Positions 22,948 to 34,629 of a DNA stretch of 64,000 nt are shown here, one piece after another. Where the stretch lies: NCBI GenBank assembly GCA_963824385.1, contig CAWGPD010000004.1, positions 544,001 to 608,000 of the forward strand, given 5' to 3'. Position 1 is the stretch's first letter; each line of letters starts with the position of its first letter. The notes under the pieces were generated by a model. It had not been told where the DNA came from and searched no databases. It was given only the letters and a program-made list of their open reading frames with translations. A program made the translations under genes and the position numbers. Source of the DNA: an uncultured Nitrososphaerota archaeon. Lineage in GTDB: Archaea; Thermoproteota; Nitrososphaeria; Nitrososphaerales; Nitrosopumilaceae.

Positions 22948-23955
22948 TTGAAGATTGCAGTAGTTGGAATAGGAGTTGCAGGGGCATATCTCCTTGCGAG
23001 GTTGAAGAATCAACATGAAGTAGTAGGTTTTGAAAGATCTACACTGGAGAACCATGATTCCATATGTGCGTGGGGTACATCAAAAGCTCCGATGCAAGAA
23101 TTTTCTAAAAAAGTTGGACTTGATTTTAATGATTATGTAATTCACGATGGAAAACAGATGTATGTTGACATGGGTTTAGAAAGATTCCAAATTAAACTCA
23201 AAGGACTTTGTACGTACAATAAGATTGGATTGATAAAAGACATGGCAAAAGGATGTAAGATACATTATGGAGCTGCTCCAAAATTGCAGGATTTAGAACC
23301 TGAATTTGATATGATTATAGATTCTACAGGTTTTCATAGGTCATACTTACCAAGACTTGAAAAAGATTTCCATCTGCCAACTTTTCAATACAAAGTACAA
23401 TACGAAGACAAGGTACCATTTGATGATTTTTATCTTAAACCATTTTCTTCCATCAGCGGATATTTTTGGTATTTCCCCCTGGGTGATAAAATTGCCCATA
23501 TTGGTGCTGGAGATAAAAATAGAAATCACATTGTAGAAACTAATGCATTCTTAAAAAAATACGGAGGTAAAGTTCTAAAGACAGTCGGAAGACCGATACG
23601 TCTTGCCACCCCTAATCTTTGCGAACCGTTCTATCATGGAAAGGTGGTTGGAGTTGGAGAATCAATAGGGACAGTTTACCCACTACTGGGTGAAGGAATA
23701 ATTCCAAGTATGACTTGTGGTGATATTTTTGTTGAAACATTAGGAAATAATGAAAGATATAGACAATTGGTACTTGAAAAATTTGCCATTTATTCCAAGG
23801 TATTGGATTTTGTAAGAAACAAGATGGAAAGCAAGTTTGGAATAATGAAGAATTTTTTCGATATGTTATCCATCTATAGATATATGAAGAAAAATGAGAG
23901 CAGATTTGGAATGGAGATCAAAATGACAGATATGATGAAGGTAGCAAAGGCTTAG
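22948..23955 (+). CDS. FAD-dependent oxidoreductase, geranylgeranyl-reductase-like
   Basis: VVGIGVAG Rossmann motif, GYFWYFP, GESIG...GEGI. Confidence 0.8.
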   Translation: MKIAVVGIGVAGAYLLARLKNQHEVVGFERSTLENHDSICAWGTSKAPMQEFSKKVGLDFNDYVIHDGKQMYVDMGLERFQIKLKGLCTYNKIGLIKDMAKGCKIHYGAAPKLQDLEPEFDMIIDSTGFHRSYLPRLEKDFHLPTFQYKVQYEDKVPFDDFYLKPFSSISGYFWYFPLGDKIAHIGAGDKNRNHIVETNAFLKKYGGKVLKTVGRPIRLATPNLCEPFYHGKVVGVGESIGTVYPLLGEGIIPSMTCGDIFVETLGNNERYRQLVLEKFAIYSKVLDFVRNKMESKFGIMKNFFDMLSIYRYMKKNESRFGMEIKMTDMMKVAKA

Positions 23956-23957
23956 AA

Positions 23958-24659
23958 TTACATACTTACATAACCGAAATTTTCTCTTGTTGTTCTATTT
24001 GAATTCATAGTGTAATCATAGATCATTTTGGAATATTCTAGTAAAACTTCTTTCATGTCATCAAGAGATTTTGCAAAATAAAATCCTGGACAATCCCCAG
24101 TAAATTGAAATGTAGCATGCACTCTGGCGTTTCCTTTTTCATTTTCAAGCCATGATGAGAATGGGTAAAGATAACACACTCCTGGTCTAGATGGATGAAG
24201 TCCACAGTAACCTTTTTCATCAAGAAATCTACATTTGATATAAGTTCCATCTTCTGACTCTTTTTCATCTTCTTTACGTTTTAGATTTATCATGGTCATT
24301 ACCACTGAATTTCCTCCAGGCCCCTTCTCTTCCCAAGTAGAGATATTGGTCTCTTTTTTTATAAAATCAGAGACTTTGTCATAATGTAGATTCTTGCTTA
24401 TTGTTATTAGATCATTACTTGTTAGTGGAAGTCTTCCTTGTCTGTTACAGCAATTATGGCAGTCTGGCCAGTAGCATTTCCACAATACATAGCCATTTTC
24501 ATCTCCAAGATATGGAATATGAAAAATTACATCATTTACTTTAACTTGAAAATCTGTAACATCTGTTTTTTTACCTAGAATAAAATCTAGAATAATAGGC
24601 TCAATTTTCCAGTTTTTTGATAATAGTTCTAATGCTTCTTCTATTTTTGATACCATCAA
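23958..24659 (-). CDS. YkgJ-like (CxxCxxCC) cysteine-cluster protein
   Basis: C...CHNCC, CRFL...CGLHPSRPGVCYLYPF, CPG. Confidence 0.82.
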   Translation of the reverse strand: MMVSKIEEALELLSKNWKIEPIILDFILGKKTDVTDFQVKVNDVIFHIPYLGDENGYVLWKCYWPDCHNCCNRQGRLPLTSNDLITISKNLHYDKVSDFIKKETNISTWEEKGPGGNSVVMTMINLKRKEDEKESEDGTYIKCRFLDEKGYCGLHPSRPGVCYLYPFSSWLENEKGNARVHATFQFTGDCPGFYFAKSLDDMKEVLLEYSKMIYDYTMNSNRTTRENFGYVSM

Positions 24660-24696
24660 CTAATAAATGGAGATCGGAACTTTTTGAACGTTATCA

Positions 24697-25017
24697 ATGT
24701 TAGAAGAGAAGGGAAAGTATGCATCTGCTACTCAAAATCGAAGATTTGTCTGGGAAAAAGTCATGTGGCCATTAATTTTAGAATTAAATACGATTAGCTT
24801 TTCCACTCTACAATACAAGAAAAAACGTGATCAAGTATGTAAGGAATTAAACATTCCATCATCCCGGATTGCAGGAGGTTTTGTCTCACTTTTATTAAAA
24901 GGAATTTTATACAAAGAAAACAAAATCTACTCTATTCATTATAGATTGATTCCTTACATGAGACTTGGGGCAAATTGCGATTATGCTACTGCAGTCCGTG
25001 AGGCAAGTACAAAATAA
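24697..25017 (+). CDS. Hypothetical protein (basic, possibly winged-helix)
   Basis: 106-aa intact ORF divergent from the YkgJ-like gene. Confidence 0.7.
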   Translation: MLEEKGKYASATQNRRFVWEKVMWPLILELNTISFSTLQYKKKRDQVCKELNIPSSRIAGGFVSLLLKGILYKENKIYSIHYRLIPYMRLGANCDYATAVREASTK

Positions 25018-25048
25018 TATATTCTCAAGAAATACCAGTCGTCTCGGT

Positions 25049-25151
25049 AGCCCGATAGTCTAGCGGTCAAACAATTTTGGATCAGGGATCTCAGGCTCTG
25101 GATCTTACGAGAGGACACCTGGGGACGGCAGTTCGAATCTGCCTCGGGCTA
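25049..25151 (+). tRNA. tRNA-Gln(CTG) with two introns (about 25071-25085 in D-arm; about 25102-25116 at 37/38)
   Basis: Acceptor AGCCCGA/TCGGGCT-A, T-arm GGCAG-TTCGAAT-CTGCC, anticodon arm TCAGG-CTCTGG|A-CCTGG; 73 nt after splicing. Confidence 0.88.
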
Positions 25152-25175
25152 TCTATAATTTTTAAAAAATGTCTT

Positions 25176-25775
25176 CTATCTAGAAGCCATTGCGATTCTT
25201 TCTAATTCATTCTTCTTCTTAACAGAAGGAGCATTCATGTCATTTGCAGAAGCAAGTATCAGATGTTCTGCAAGATTTTCCTCTACTGCTTTAGGATTAG
25301 AAAATGATGCATCTCTAACACCTTCTGCTATGAATCTCAATGCTAGATCAACTCTTCTTAGTGGAGCAACATCTACTGAAACGTGATAAACAGTTCCACC
25401 ATAAACTATTCTAGTTGTATCTTCATTTGGTGCAGAATGTTCTACTGCTCTAATCAAGACTTCAACTGGATTTTTCCCAGTTTTAAGATGTATAATTTCA
25501 AATGCTGCTTTTACTGTATTGATTGCACGAACTTTCTTTCCACCCATTCTACCAGTGTTTTTTGCATATTTCTTTCCAAAGTGAGATAATTTGTTAATTA
25601 GTCGTTCAGTAATGTTGACTTCGGATTTATTAAATCGTTTAAGTGCTGATCTTCCAAAAGACAGAGGCATTATTCCTTGTTTAAGAGATATTACATTTTT
25701 CAGACCAGGATCTTTAACATCAATGTTAGAGATATCCCATTTTCTAAAAAGTAAAAGATTCTGTGTTTCTGTCAT
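25176..25775 (-). CDS. rps7: 30S ribosomal protein uS7
   Basis: LFRKW, VDVAPLRRVDLA, ELERIAMASR. Confidence 0.96.
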   Translation of the reverse strand: MTETQNLLLFRKWDISNIDVKDPGLKNVISLKQGIMPLSFGRSALKRFNKSEVNITERLINKLSHFGKKYAKNTGRMGGKKVRAINTVKAAFEIIHLKTGKNPVEVLIRAVEHSAPNEDTTRIVYGGTVYHVSVDVAPLRRVDLALRFIAEGVRDASFSNPKAVEENLAEHLILASANDMNAPSVKKKNELERIAMASR

Positions 25776-25778
25776 TTT

Positions 25779-26216
25779 CTATCTCCTAGGTTTCTCTTTC
25801 TTTCCGTAAACAAGTTCTTTAAGTGAAGTTCCATTTACCTTGAATACTTTCCATCTTACACCAGGAATATCACCAAGTGCGCCTCCCATGGATGCTCCCA
25901 TACCTTCTACATGTACTTCGTCATGTTCATCAACAAAATTAAGTGCACCGTCTCTTGGAAGGAAAGCAGTAACTGTTTTACCATTCTTTATGAGTTGAAC
26001 TCTAACACATTTTCTTACAGCAGAGTTGGGCTGCTTTGCTTCTATTCCAACTTTTTCTAAAACTATACCACGAGTCTGTGGTGCACCACCAAGTGGGCTG
26101 GCCTTCTTGTCAAGACCCAATTCTCTTCTCTTGTAAGTACCTATAGACCATTTTTGGCGTTTTCTTTTATCCTTTAGAACTCTTCCTGCAAATAGACCTA
26201 GTGGTGATTTTGCCAT
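25779..26216 (-). CDS. rps12: 30S ribosomal protein uS12
   Basis: [23 protein letters not shown]. Confidence 0.97.
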   Translation of the reverse strand: MAKSPLGLFAGRVLKDKRKRQKWSIGTYKRRELGLDKKASPLGGAPQTRGIVLEKVGIEAKQPNSAVRKCVRVQLIKNGKTVTAFLPRDGALNFVDEHDEVHVEGMGASMGGALGDIPGVRWKVFKVNGTSLKELVYGKKEKPRR

Positions 26217-26221
26217 ACCAT

Positions 26222-26680
26222 TTACTCCATTATTCTCTCCGGACTTTGTATAAGAACACTAGAAATTTGGAAGTATCTCTTGGCTAATAGTCTTGCTTTT
26301 TCTGCATTGCGGCCTTCTCTGCCAACTACAATTCCTTTCTTCTTTGCATCAACTAGAACAATTGCTTGAAGTGAACCGTCCAATCTTTTATTTATTTTTA
26401 CTTCAGAAACTAGTTTTGGATTGAGCATGTTCTTAAGAAATTCTGATGGCTCTTCAGAATATTCTACAAGTTCAACATTTCTTTTTACTACATTTTGTAA
26501 ATTCTTAATCGTAGAACCACCTTTACCAATAGCTAACCCCATCTTACCTTGATTTACTACAAAAATGACTCGATCCTGCTTTTCATCTTCAATACAATCT
26601 CTAGCAGTAACTCCAGTCACATTCTGAAAAAGTGACATTAATTTTAATTGATCTGTTGTTAGTTTGATTGTTTCCGTCAT
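26222..26680 (-). CDS. nusA: Archaeal NusA (KH domains)
   Basis: [16 protein letters not shown]; conserved operon position. Confidence 0.93.
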   Translation of the reverse strand: MTETIKLTTDQLKLMSLFQNVTGVTARDCIEDEKQDRVIFVVNQGKMGLAIGKGGSTIKNLQNVVKRNVELVEYSEEPSEFLKNMLNPKLVSEVKINKRLDGSLQAIVLVDAKKKGIVVGREGRNAEKARLLAKRYFQISSVLIQSPERIME

Positions 26681-26754
26681 GCCTTTTTTAAACTCGATCT
26701 CTTTGTGGGACATTTAAATCTTGATAGAAAGCACATGAGGAAAATGACATTTGA

Positions 26755-27072
26755 TTATTTCGTCTCTATTTCGAGTTCTTTTGTAATTGCTTTAAGATTA
26801 GTATCGCTTAGAGTCTTAAGCGATAGTGCAGAAATTCTGAATTGTGTTCCACATAGTCTACCAAGTTCAACGGAGGAGCCATTATAATTCAAAGTTGGAA
26901 CCTTTGAACTTTTAGCCACTTCTTGTATTTTTTCAAGCGTTTCTTCTGAAACCGAATGTGATAGGAGAATTAGTTTTGAATTTTTAATTGTACTAATTGC
27001 TTCTTTAGTACCAAAAGAGCATTTACCATCCTCAATTGCATCTTTGATTACTTTTTCTAATAGTTTAACCAT
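26755..27072 (-). CDS. rpl30e: Ribosomal protein eL30
   Basis: [11 protein letters not shown]; between rpoA and nusA. Confidence 0.9.
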   Translation of the reverse strand: MVKLLEKVIKDAIEDGKCSFGTKEAISTIKNSKLILLSHSVSEETLEKIQEVAKSSKVPTLNYNGSSVELGRLCGTQFRISALSLKTLSDTNLKAITKELEIETK

Positions 27073-30000
27073 CTTGAACCACTCTCATGTAAAGATCAAC
27101 TGTTCCCGTGCCTATTGGAATATTTGCACCCACTATAACATTTTCTGTTACTCCCTTGAGTTCTTCAACTTCTCCTGCTAGTGCAGCTTCAGCAATTGTT
27201 GGAACTGTAATTTCAAATGCAGCTCTTGCAAGTACACTTGTCTTTGTTCCAGCAATTCCATGTCTTCCAATTTGTTGTAAATATCCTCTTGAACACATTA
27301 AATCAGATACTAACATGAGATATCTCACATCAACTTCTAGACCTTGATCAGATAGGGTAGAATTTAGTTCATTTATCAATGAATTTCGTGCAGCCTCTAT
27401 ACCCAAGACTACCTGCTATTTCAAAGATATTGTTTGTTCTGATATTTTTCTTATCTATACCATCTATCTCCCATACTTTTGCTATGTTAGAGCCAGAAGT
27501 TTGTATGACCCATTCTTCTCCTTGTTGTACGATTGTTACTCGTTCGACATCAGTAACACCTTTTACAGTAGTTGAAAGTATTTTGTTTCTCATTGCAAGA
27601 ACAGTTTGAGTATCAGATTCTTCTGGTAGTGTCAAGGTGATAGAATTTCCACTTGGTTCAATTTCGAATTTTTTCTTGGAAGACTGTAATGCGTCTACTA
27701 CATTCTCAATTGTACATGCTCTTTCTCTTAGCTTATCTTGATTAAGATTGAGTTTAATCTTTGTAGAATAATCAGTTTCAGTACTAGTGATCAATGCACT
27801 AATTTTTGTATGTAAGATTTCTCTGGCTACTTTAATTGCTTTTTCTTTTGATTTTTTATAATTTTCTTCCAGGTAGATATCCATTGTTGGTGTTACGGGT
27901 TTCTTTCTTGCATCTACAAGTTCAATTAATCTTGGAAGTCCTAGAGTTACGTTTCTTTCTCTGATACCTGCAAAGTGGAATGTTCTAAGTGTCATCTGAG
28001 TACCTGGTTCGCCTATTGATTGGGCTGTAACTACACCAACTGCTTGACCAGGTTCAACTTTTGCATTATCATAAAGTTCTAATGCTTTTTTACAGACTTT
28101 ATCAACACCATCTCTGCTAAGTTTTGATTCAAGTAAAGATTCGAGTACAGTTTTTGATAAACGTGGATTGAATGTCTTTGCATATTTTTTAACTAGTTCT
28201 GTAATTTCTTCCTTAGAAGCTTTCTTTCCAGAATCAATGATGCTCTCAGATTCTACCAATCTAGCAATTCTAAATGCCTCACCATGATCACTTTTTGCTA
28301 CGTCTATTCCATCTTCACCATAGAGGAATTGGATTATGTGACCATGAGGATCTCGTACTGTTCCATCATATTCTAGTTTAAGATGTTCAAGTGCATTGAT
28401 GAGTCTTCTTTGCATGTAACCACTTTGCTGTGTTCTAACTGCAGTATCGACAAGACCTTCTCTACCTCCCATAGCATGGAAGAAAAATTCTAGTGTTGAC
28501 AATCCCTCCCTATAATTGGATTTTACAAATCCCTTACCGTCTGGATTTGCATCATGTTCTTTGAAGTGTGGTAATGCTCTGTTACTGTAACCTTTGAGAA
28601 TTCTTCTACCTCTAATTGATTGTTGACCTAATGCACCTGCCATCTGACCAATGTTTAATGAAGAACCTCTAGCACCTGTTGTTGCCATTATTCTTCCTGC
28701 ATTAGTTTCATCAAAAGATTTGTCTGCAGAGTTTCCAGCTTTATCTCTTGCTTTTGAGAGTTCATTTACGATTTGAGCTTCTAATGCCTCTTCAGCAGAA
28801 AGACCTCTGCTAAGTTGTAGAGTACCCTTCTTTGCTTGAGATATGAAATCATATACTTTATCATATGATTCCTGAATGTTTTCAAGAATTCCATCTTTTG
28901 TCTTTGTTGCAAGTTCAAGATCAGCATAACCATAACTAAATCCATATCCAGTGATGAATTGTTTTAACATTATCAAGATGGAGTTAAGGAAATTCTTTGC
29001 CTCTTCATATCCATAATCTTTGGTAATTCTATGTAGAACACTATCAGGTTCTTCTGCACCAATTGATGCTTTGTCAATCACACCACTTACTAGTTGACCA
29101 TTTTTAATTACAACATCTTTTACAGGACCCTTTGTTCCCTTGGACCATTTTGAAGTAATAACATAATTGAAGTCCTTTGGTAAGAAAAGCGAGAAGAGTT
29201 GTTTACCGCTATAAAGTGAACCACCTTTTGCTTTAACTGCTGGCTCTGGGAATGTTCCAGTGTAACCACCCAACATTGCAAGATTTGCAAATTCTTGTGG
29301 TGTTAAAGTAGTACCATCTTTAGTAAGCAAATATGCTCCAGTAATGAAATCGCGTAATGCACCTATGATAGGACCTCCATATCTTGGAGAGATTAATTGG
29401 TCTTGAACACGCATTAAGAGTATAGCTTCTGCTCTTGCTTCTTCACTTTGAGGAACGTGAAGATTCATCTCATCGCCATCAAAGTCAGCGTTGTAAGGAG
29501 GACAGACTGATGGATGTAGTCTAAAGGTCTTGCCAGGTAATACTCTAACATAATGACCCATGATTGACATTTGGTGCAATGATGGTTGTCTGTTAAACAT
29601 TACAATATCACCATCAGAAAGATGTCTTTCTACAAGATATCCAATTTCAATATTATTTGCAATGGTTTCTCTATCTTCAACGAAATCAAGTCTAATTTTT
29701 ACTCCATCAGGTCTTACAATATAGTTAGCTCCTGGGAACTTACTTGGTCCGTTTACGACAAGTTTTTTCAGTCTTTCAATGTTCCATTCAGTAACAACTT
29801 CTGGAATTGTAAGTTTAGTTGCAACTGCTTCTGGAACTCCCACTTCAGAGATTTCCAAGTTTGGATCAGGTGAGATAACAGTTCTACTTGAAAAGTCAAC
29901 TCTTTTTCCTGATAATGAACCTCTGAATCTTCCTTCTTTACCTTTTAATCTTTGAGTGAGAGTTTTGAGAGGTCTTCCTGATCTGTGATGAGCTTGTGGA

Positions 30001-30860
30001 ATTCCTGATACTTCATTATCAAAGTAAGTTGTAACGTGATATTGTAAAAGATCAACCAAGTCTTGTACGATAAGTGGAGGCGTTCCAGCTTCTTTACTCT
30101 CTTTGAGTCTTTGATTTACTCTGATAATATCAACAAGTTTGTGAGTCAAATCATCTTCAGATCTGATTCCTGTTTCTAGAATAATTGACGGTCTTACTGT
30201 AACTGGAGGAACCGGAAGAACTTGTAAAATAAACCACTCTGGTCTTGCTGTAGTGGGATCATATCCCAACAATTTAAGATCCTCATCAATCATGTGCGAG
30301 AATCTTTCTCTAATTGTAATTGGGAGTAATCTATTCTCACCAGACTCAGTTCTTTCTATGAAGATAGTTGGTTTTGTAAATATCATTTCATACTGTGACT
30401 TGCCACAGTGAGGACATGTCTTTTCTTTCTTGGCTCTTTCAATAATTTCAGTTGGAATATGTTTAATCGAGATTACAGTATACGCTGCTTCCTTTTTCAT
30501 AATTTGATGATATTCTTCTAATTCTTCTTGAGGAAGTTTTAGTCTGGCACATGATCTACATGTTGTAATCAAAAGTTTGTAGATATTATCTATGAATGCA
30601 ATATGTAAAACAGGTTCTGCAAGTTCAATGTGACCAAAGTGACCTGGGCATCGTGCAACTGTATTACCACATGTAAGACATTTCTGTCCTGGCTCAAGTG
30701 TACCAAGTCTTCCATCCATCAAACCTCCCTGTACTGACATTCCATCTTCATCATAAGTCTCAGGTGCAGTAATTTCTGCAACAGAATATTTTCTAATCTC
30801 TGTTGGAGACCATACAGAGAACTTTATTCCATCAATTACTTTTATTGTCTCAAGTGCCAT
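27065..30860 (-). CDS. rpoA: RNA polymerase largest subunit, A'/A'' fused; frameshift near 27400
   Basis: CPGHFGH and [10 protein letters not shown], then A'' motif [13 protein letters not shown] in the same ORF; tail LGIEAAR...GTG in the second ORF. Confidence 0.96.
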
Positions 30861-33800
30861 TACACTCTCTCCTTTATCAAAAGTCTTGGTGCCACATCAA
30901 GACTCATCATTTCTTGTAGAAGTAGCTTGAATGCATATGCAACAGAGATGGAGGTAACTTTTGCTTTATCTCCACAGACTCTACATACAAATCTTCTTTG
31001 TTTAATATCATAATAAGAAACCAATCCACATCTTTCACATATGTAGATATCCGCTTTGTCAGATTCATCAAGTAATCTATCTTTTAGCATCATAGATGCA
31101 CCATATGCAATAAGACAGTCTCGCTCCATTTCACCAAATCTCAAACCACCGCCTCTTGCACGTCCTTCTGTTGGTTGTTTTGTTAACATTTGCACTTGAC
31201 CTCTTGCTCTTGCATGAATTTTGTCTGCTACCATGTGGTGAAGTTTTTGATAATATACAACTCCAATGAAAACATCTACTGCAAATGGCTTTCCTGTTCT
31301 TCCATCATACATTACTTCTTTTCCAGAATACTTGAATCCATTTTGTTCTAAAACTCCTTTTACATCTTCAAGTTTTTCTCCAACAAAAGCAGAACCATCC
31401 ATCTTACTTCCACGTAATGCAGCAGCTTTTCCTGTTACAGATTCTAGGAACATTCCAACTGTCATTCTGGATGGGAAAGCATGTGGATTAATCATAACAT
31501 CTGGCACAACACCATCTGCAGTATATGGAAGATCTTCATGATTTACAAGTAATCCAACGACACCCTTCTGACCATGTCTCGAAGCAAATTTGTCACCGAT
31601 TTCTGGAATTCGAAGATCTCTTACTCTAATCTTATACATTCTTCCTCCGTCATGAGATTGAGTCATGACAACAGTATCAACTACTCCATTTTCAGATGGT
31701 CTTACACCAATTGATGTATCTCTTCGATATGGTCCCTTTACTTCAAACTCTCTATACTCTTCCATGAATCTGGGTGGACTTGTTTTTCCAATTAGTATAT
31801 CCCCACCTTGTACTGTTGATTCGGTTGCAATTACACCATCTTCTTCTAATAATCTATATGCCTTGTCTCCTCTAAATCCACGAATATTTCCTTCTGCAGT
31901 TGGAATCTCAAAATTATCTCTCATGCCACCAGGATATTGTTTTGCTTCAGCTTCATAGATTCGGTAGAAGAATGTCCTACCAAGTCCTCTATCAATTGAA
32001 GATTTGCTTAAGACAATAGCGTCTTCAATGTTATAACCATCAAATGGTAATACTGCAACAACACAATTCTGACCAGCAGGTCTATCCTCAAGTCCTAGAA
32101 GACCCATTGCTTTTGTATTAACAATTGGAGTCTGCGGATAAAGCATAAGGTGTTGTCTGACATATGTACTTGCATTCATAAGAGGAGTTGAGAAACCGAG
32201 GCTTTGTTTTGCCATTGCTGACTCGTATGTATTTCTTGGGGACTGATTATGTTCAGGATATGGAATTATTGATGCACCAGCACCCAAAATTGCAGATGGG
32301 AAAACTTCCATGTGAGTGTGTTTCTTGATATCAGTCTCATCAATTGCAATGTAAGAGTTCTCTTCTTCATTAGCATCTACCAATTCAATTATTCCCATAT
32401 GCAGCAAATCTGTCCATGAAAGGAATTTTTTACTAACTTTATCAATTAATTCTTGTGTCAAGAGAATTTTATTATCTTTAATTACAATTAGGGGACGGAG
32501 TACTCTTCCAGCATTACAGTTAACATAGAGCCTTTTAGTTGATCCCTCAAAACTAGATTGATATAAGAAAATTCCAACGTGTGGATGAATCTTGAAATTT
32601 CTTCGGAGATCTCGTAACGAGTCAACAAGTTTTTGTCCATCTTTAAAGTATCCAATTAATCTACCATCAACAAAAACTCTAGTTCCTTCTTTTTTCAATT
32701 CATCTTTTGCATCAGATACATAAGTTACGCCCAAGTCATAGAGTTTTTCAATTATATCTTCAGATGGAACGTTAACAGAAATAATTGCTGATAAAGCCAA
32801 GTTCTTTACTAGTCCACAATTTGAACCCTCAGGAGTTTCACTTGGGCATATTCTACCAAAGTGTGTAGCATGAAGATCTCTTGCTTCAAAGTTAGGTTGG
32901 CTTCTGCTCAAAGGTGACTGGATTCTTCTAAGATGACTAATAGTTGAAAGATAGTTAGTTCTATCAAGAAGCTGAGTTACACCAACTCTACCTCTGCCCC
33001 AATTTCCAGTTGCAATAGCATTATTCATTTTATCAGTAACAATTCCAGGTCTAACAGCAGCTGCTACTGCATTAATGCCCCTCTTCTGACCTGAACGTTC
33101 TAGTTGATATTTCATGTCACGAACCAAGTTTCTAAATGCTGTTCTAAAAAGATCAGCAAGCATTTGACCCGCAAATTTTATGACTTTATTTCCATAATGA
33201 TCTTTATCGTCAGGGGAAATCCAGCCCAACTTTAATTCAATTAATTTACAAGTGGCTTCACCAAGAAAGAGTGCTTTTTCTTTTCTATTATCTGGATGTT
33301 TACCAAGATGTGGAAGAAGACCCCAATCAAGTAATGTCTCAGCTCTCTTGATCTGAAACTCTTCAAGCATACCAGGTGCAATTCTCTTACTAATGTAGAC
33401 AATAGCATCTTTTGCAGTTGGTACATCACCTGATTTTTCAAATGAGCCCTCAAGCTCATCTTGAATATCATCTACTAGAGATACAGAAGCAGCGATTTCT
33501 CTATCAGATTCAAGACCTAATGCTCGCATTAAAGTAACCACGGGAATATCAACAGGGGAACCAGGAATCTTTGCAACAATAAGACCGTCATTTTTCATTA
33601 TCAATTCTAATTTTGCACGATAGCCAACTATAGAAGAATAAACCTTAGCTTTGAAAACAGTATTACCACCAACAGTTTCTTTATCTACAATAATTTTATT
33701 GTAAGAAAGATCTTCGAGTCCTACAATAACTCTCTCTGAACCATTTATGATAAAGTAACCGCCAGGATCGTTTGGATCTTCACCATGTTCTACAAGTTTT

Positions 33801-34207
33801 TGTTCAGAAAGATTATGCAATATACAAGCGTTAGATCTTACCATTACTGGCATGTCTCCAATGTGAATGTATCTTGATTCGAGAATTTTTCCATCTTCTA
33901 CAACACTTGCTTCAAGCATTATAGGTGAAGCATATGTGACATTTCTTAATCGTGCTTCCATTGGCGCAATATGAGTAATTGATCCATCCAATTCCATCAT
34001 ACGTGGTTGTTGAAGTTTTACTTTGCCAAGCTGAATTTTATATGGATATTCAGCACTTTCAATTTCAATATGTCCGACTTCATCTATAATACTTTGAAGT
34101 CCTCTCTCAAGAAATTCATCATATGAGTTAAGATGTTGTCTTGCAATTCCTTCTCGCTTTAAAATATCTTGAACAATAGGCCAGCGTTTATTTGAAATAT
34201 TTACCAT
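30860..34207 (-). CDS. rpoB: RNA polymerase subunit B (unsplit)
   Basis: GDKFASRHGQKG, GGLRFGEMERD, C-terminal Zn ribbon. Confidence 0.98.
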   Translation of the reverse strand: MVNISNKRWPIVQDILKREGIARQHLNSYDEFLERGLQSIIDEVGHIEIESAEYPYKIQLGKVKLQQPRMMELDGSITHIAPMEARLRNVTYASPIMLEASVVEDGKILESRYIHIGDMPVMVRSNACILHNLSEQKLVEHGEDPNDPGGYFIINGSERVIVGLEDLSYNKIIVDKETVGGNTVFKAKVYSSIVGYRAKLELIMKNDGLIVAKIPGSPVDIPVVTLMRALGLESDREIAASVSLVDDIQDELEGSFEKSGDVPTAKDAIVYISKRIAPGMLEEFQIKRAETLLDWGLLPHLGKHPDNRKEKALFLGEATCKLIELKLGWISPDDKDHYGNKVIKFAGQMLADLFRTAFRNLVRDMKYQLERSGQKRGINAVAAAVRPGIVTDKMNNAIATGNWGRGRVGVTQLLDRTNYLSTISHLRRIQSPLSRSQPNFEARDLHATHFGRICPSETPEGSNCGLVKNLALSAIISVNVPSEDIIEKLYDLGVTYVSDAKDELKKEGTRVFVDGRLIGYFKDGQKLVDSLRDLRRNFKIHPHVGIFLYQSSFEGSTKRLYVNCNAGRVLRPLIVIKDNKILLTQELIDKVSKKFLSWTDLLHMGIIELVDANEEENSYIAIDETDIKKHTHMEVFPSAILGAGASIIPYPEHNQSPRNTYESAMAKQSLGFSTPLMNASTYVRQHLMLYPQTPIVNTKAMGLLGLEDRPAGQNCVVAVLPFDGYNIEDAIVLSKSSIDRGLGRTFFYRIYEAEAKQYPGGMRDNFEIPTAEGNIRGFRGDKAYRLLEEDGVIATESTVQGGDILIGKTSPPRFMEEYREFEVKGPYRRDTSIGVRPSENGVVDTVVMTQSHDGGRMYKIRVRDLRIPEIGDKFASRHGQKGVVGLLVNHEDLPYTADGVVPDVMINPHAFPSRMTVGMFLESVTGKAAALRGSKMDGSAFVGEKLEDVKGVLEQNGFKYSGKEVMYDGRTGKPFAVDVFIGVVYYQKLHHMVADKIHARARGQVQMLTKQPTEGRARGGGLRFGEMERDCLIAYGASMMLKDRLLDESDKADIYICERCGLVSYYDIKQRRFVCRVCGDKAKVTSISVAYAFKLLLQEMMSLDVAPRLLIKERV

Positions 34208-34458
34208 TATTCTTCCACCACGTACCTATAGTATATGCTCTCACCAGCAGTAGGACTCTTTCTTGTAATCTTTATCATATCACCGGGTTTTACTCCCAAA
34301 CCCCTAATTGCTGGATCACTTACGTAAATTAGCGGCATTTCAGTAGGTTTGGTATGATATCTTTCAAGAACTTTCATTGCTTCGTCTTTATTGATTATCT
34401 CATGTTTTGGGACATAGATATGATCTGGAATTAGTATTTTCTCTTTTTTACTTATCAT
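34207..34458 (-). CDS. rpoH: RNA polymerase subunit H (Rpo5)
   Basis: HIYVPKHE, DPA, RKSPTAG, YYRYV. Confidence 0.96.
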   Translation of the reverse strand: MISKKEKILIPDHIYVPKHEIINKDEAMKVLERYHTKPTEMPLIYVSDPAIRGLGVKPGDMIKITRKSPTAGESIYYRYVVEE

Positions 34459-34629
34459 GTTTAAAATCTCCTTTCAACATTAGCTGTAAACGCATGACTA
34501 ATCCACAAACTAAGATGCATCCACCGAGAGGTTAATATATATCTAATTCGAAACGTGTCCAATTTAGTACCTTTTGTCAATAATTTTTTCCGCAACTTTA
34601 AATAGCAAAAAAAATCATGCCTATTTAGG

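Noticed and set aside
27065..27406. Separate rpoA2 gene
   Set aside because: Only the last ~113 aa; the A'' core is in the upstream ORF, and one extra G explains the break.
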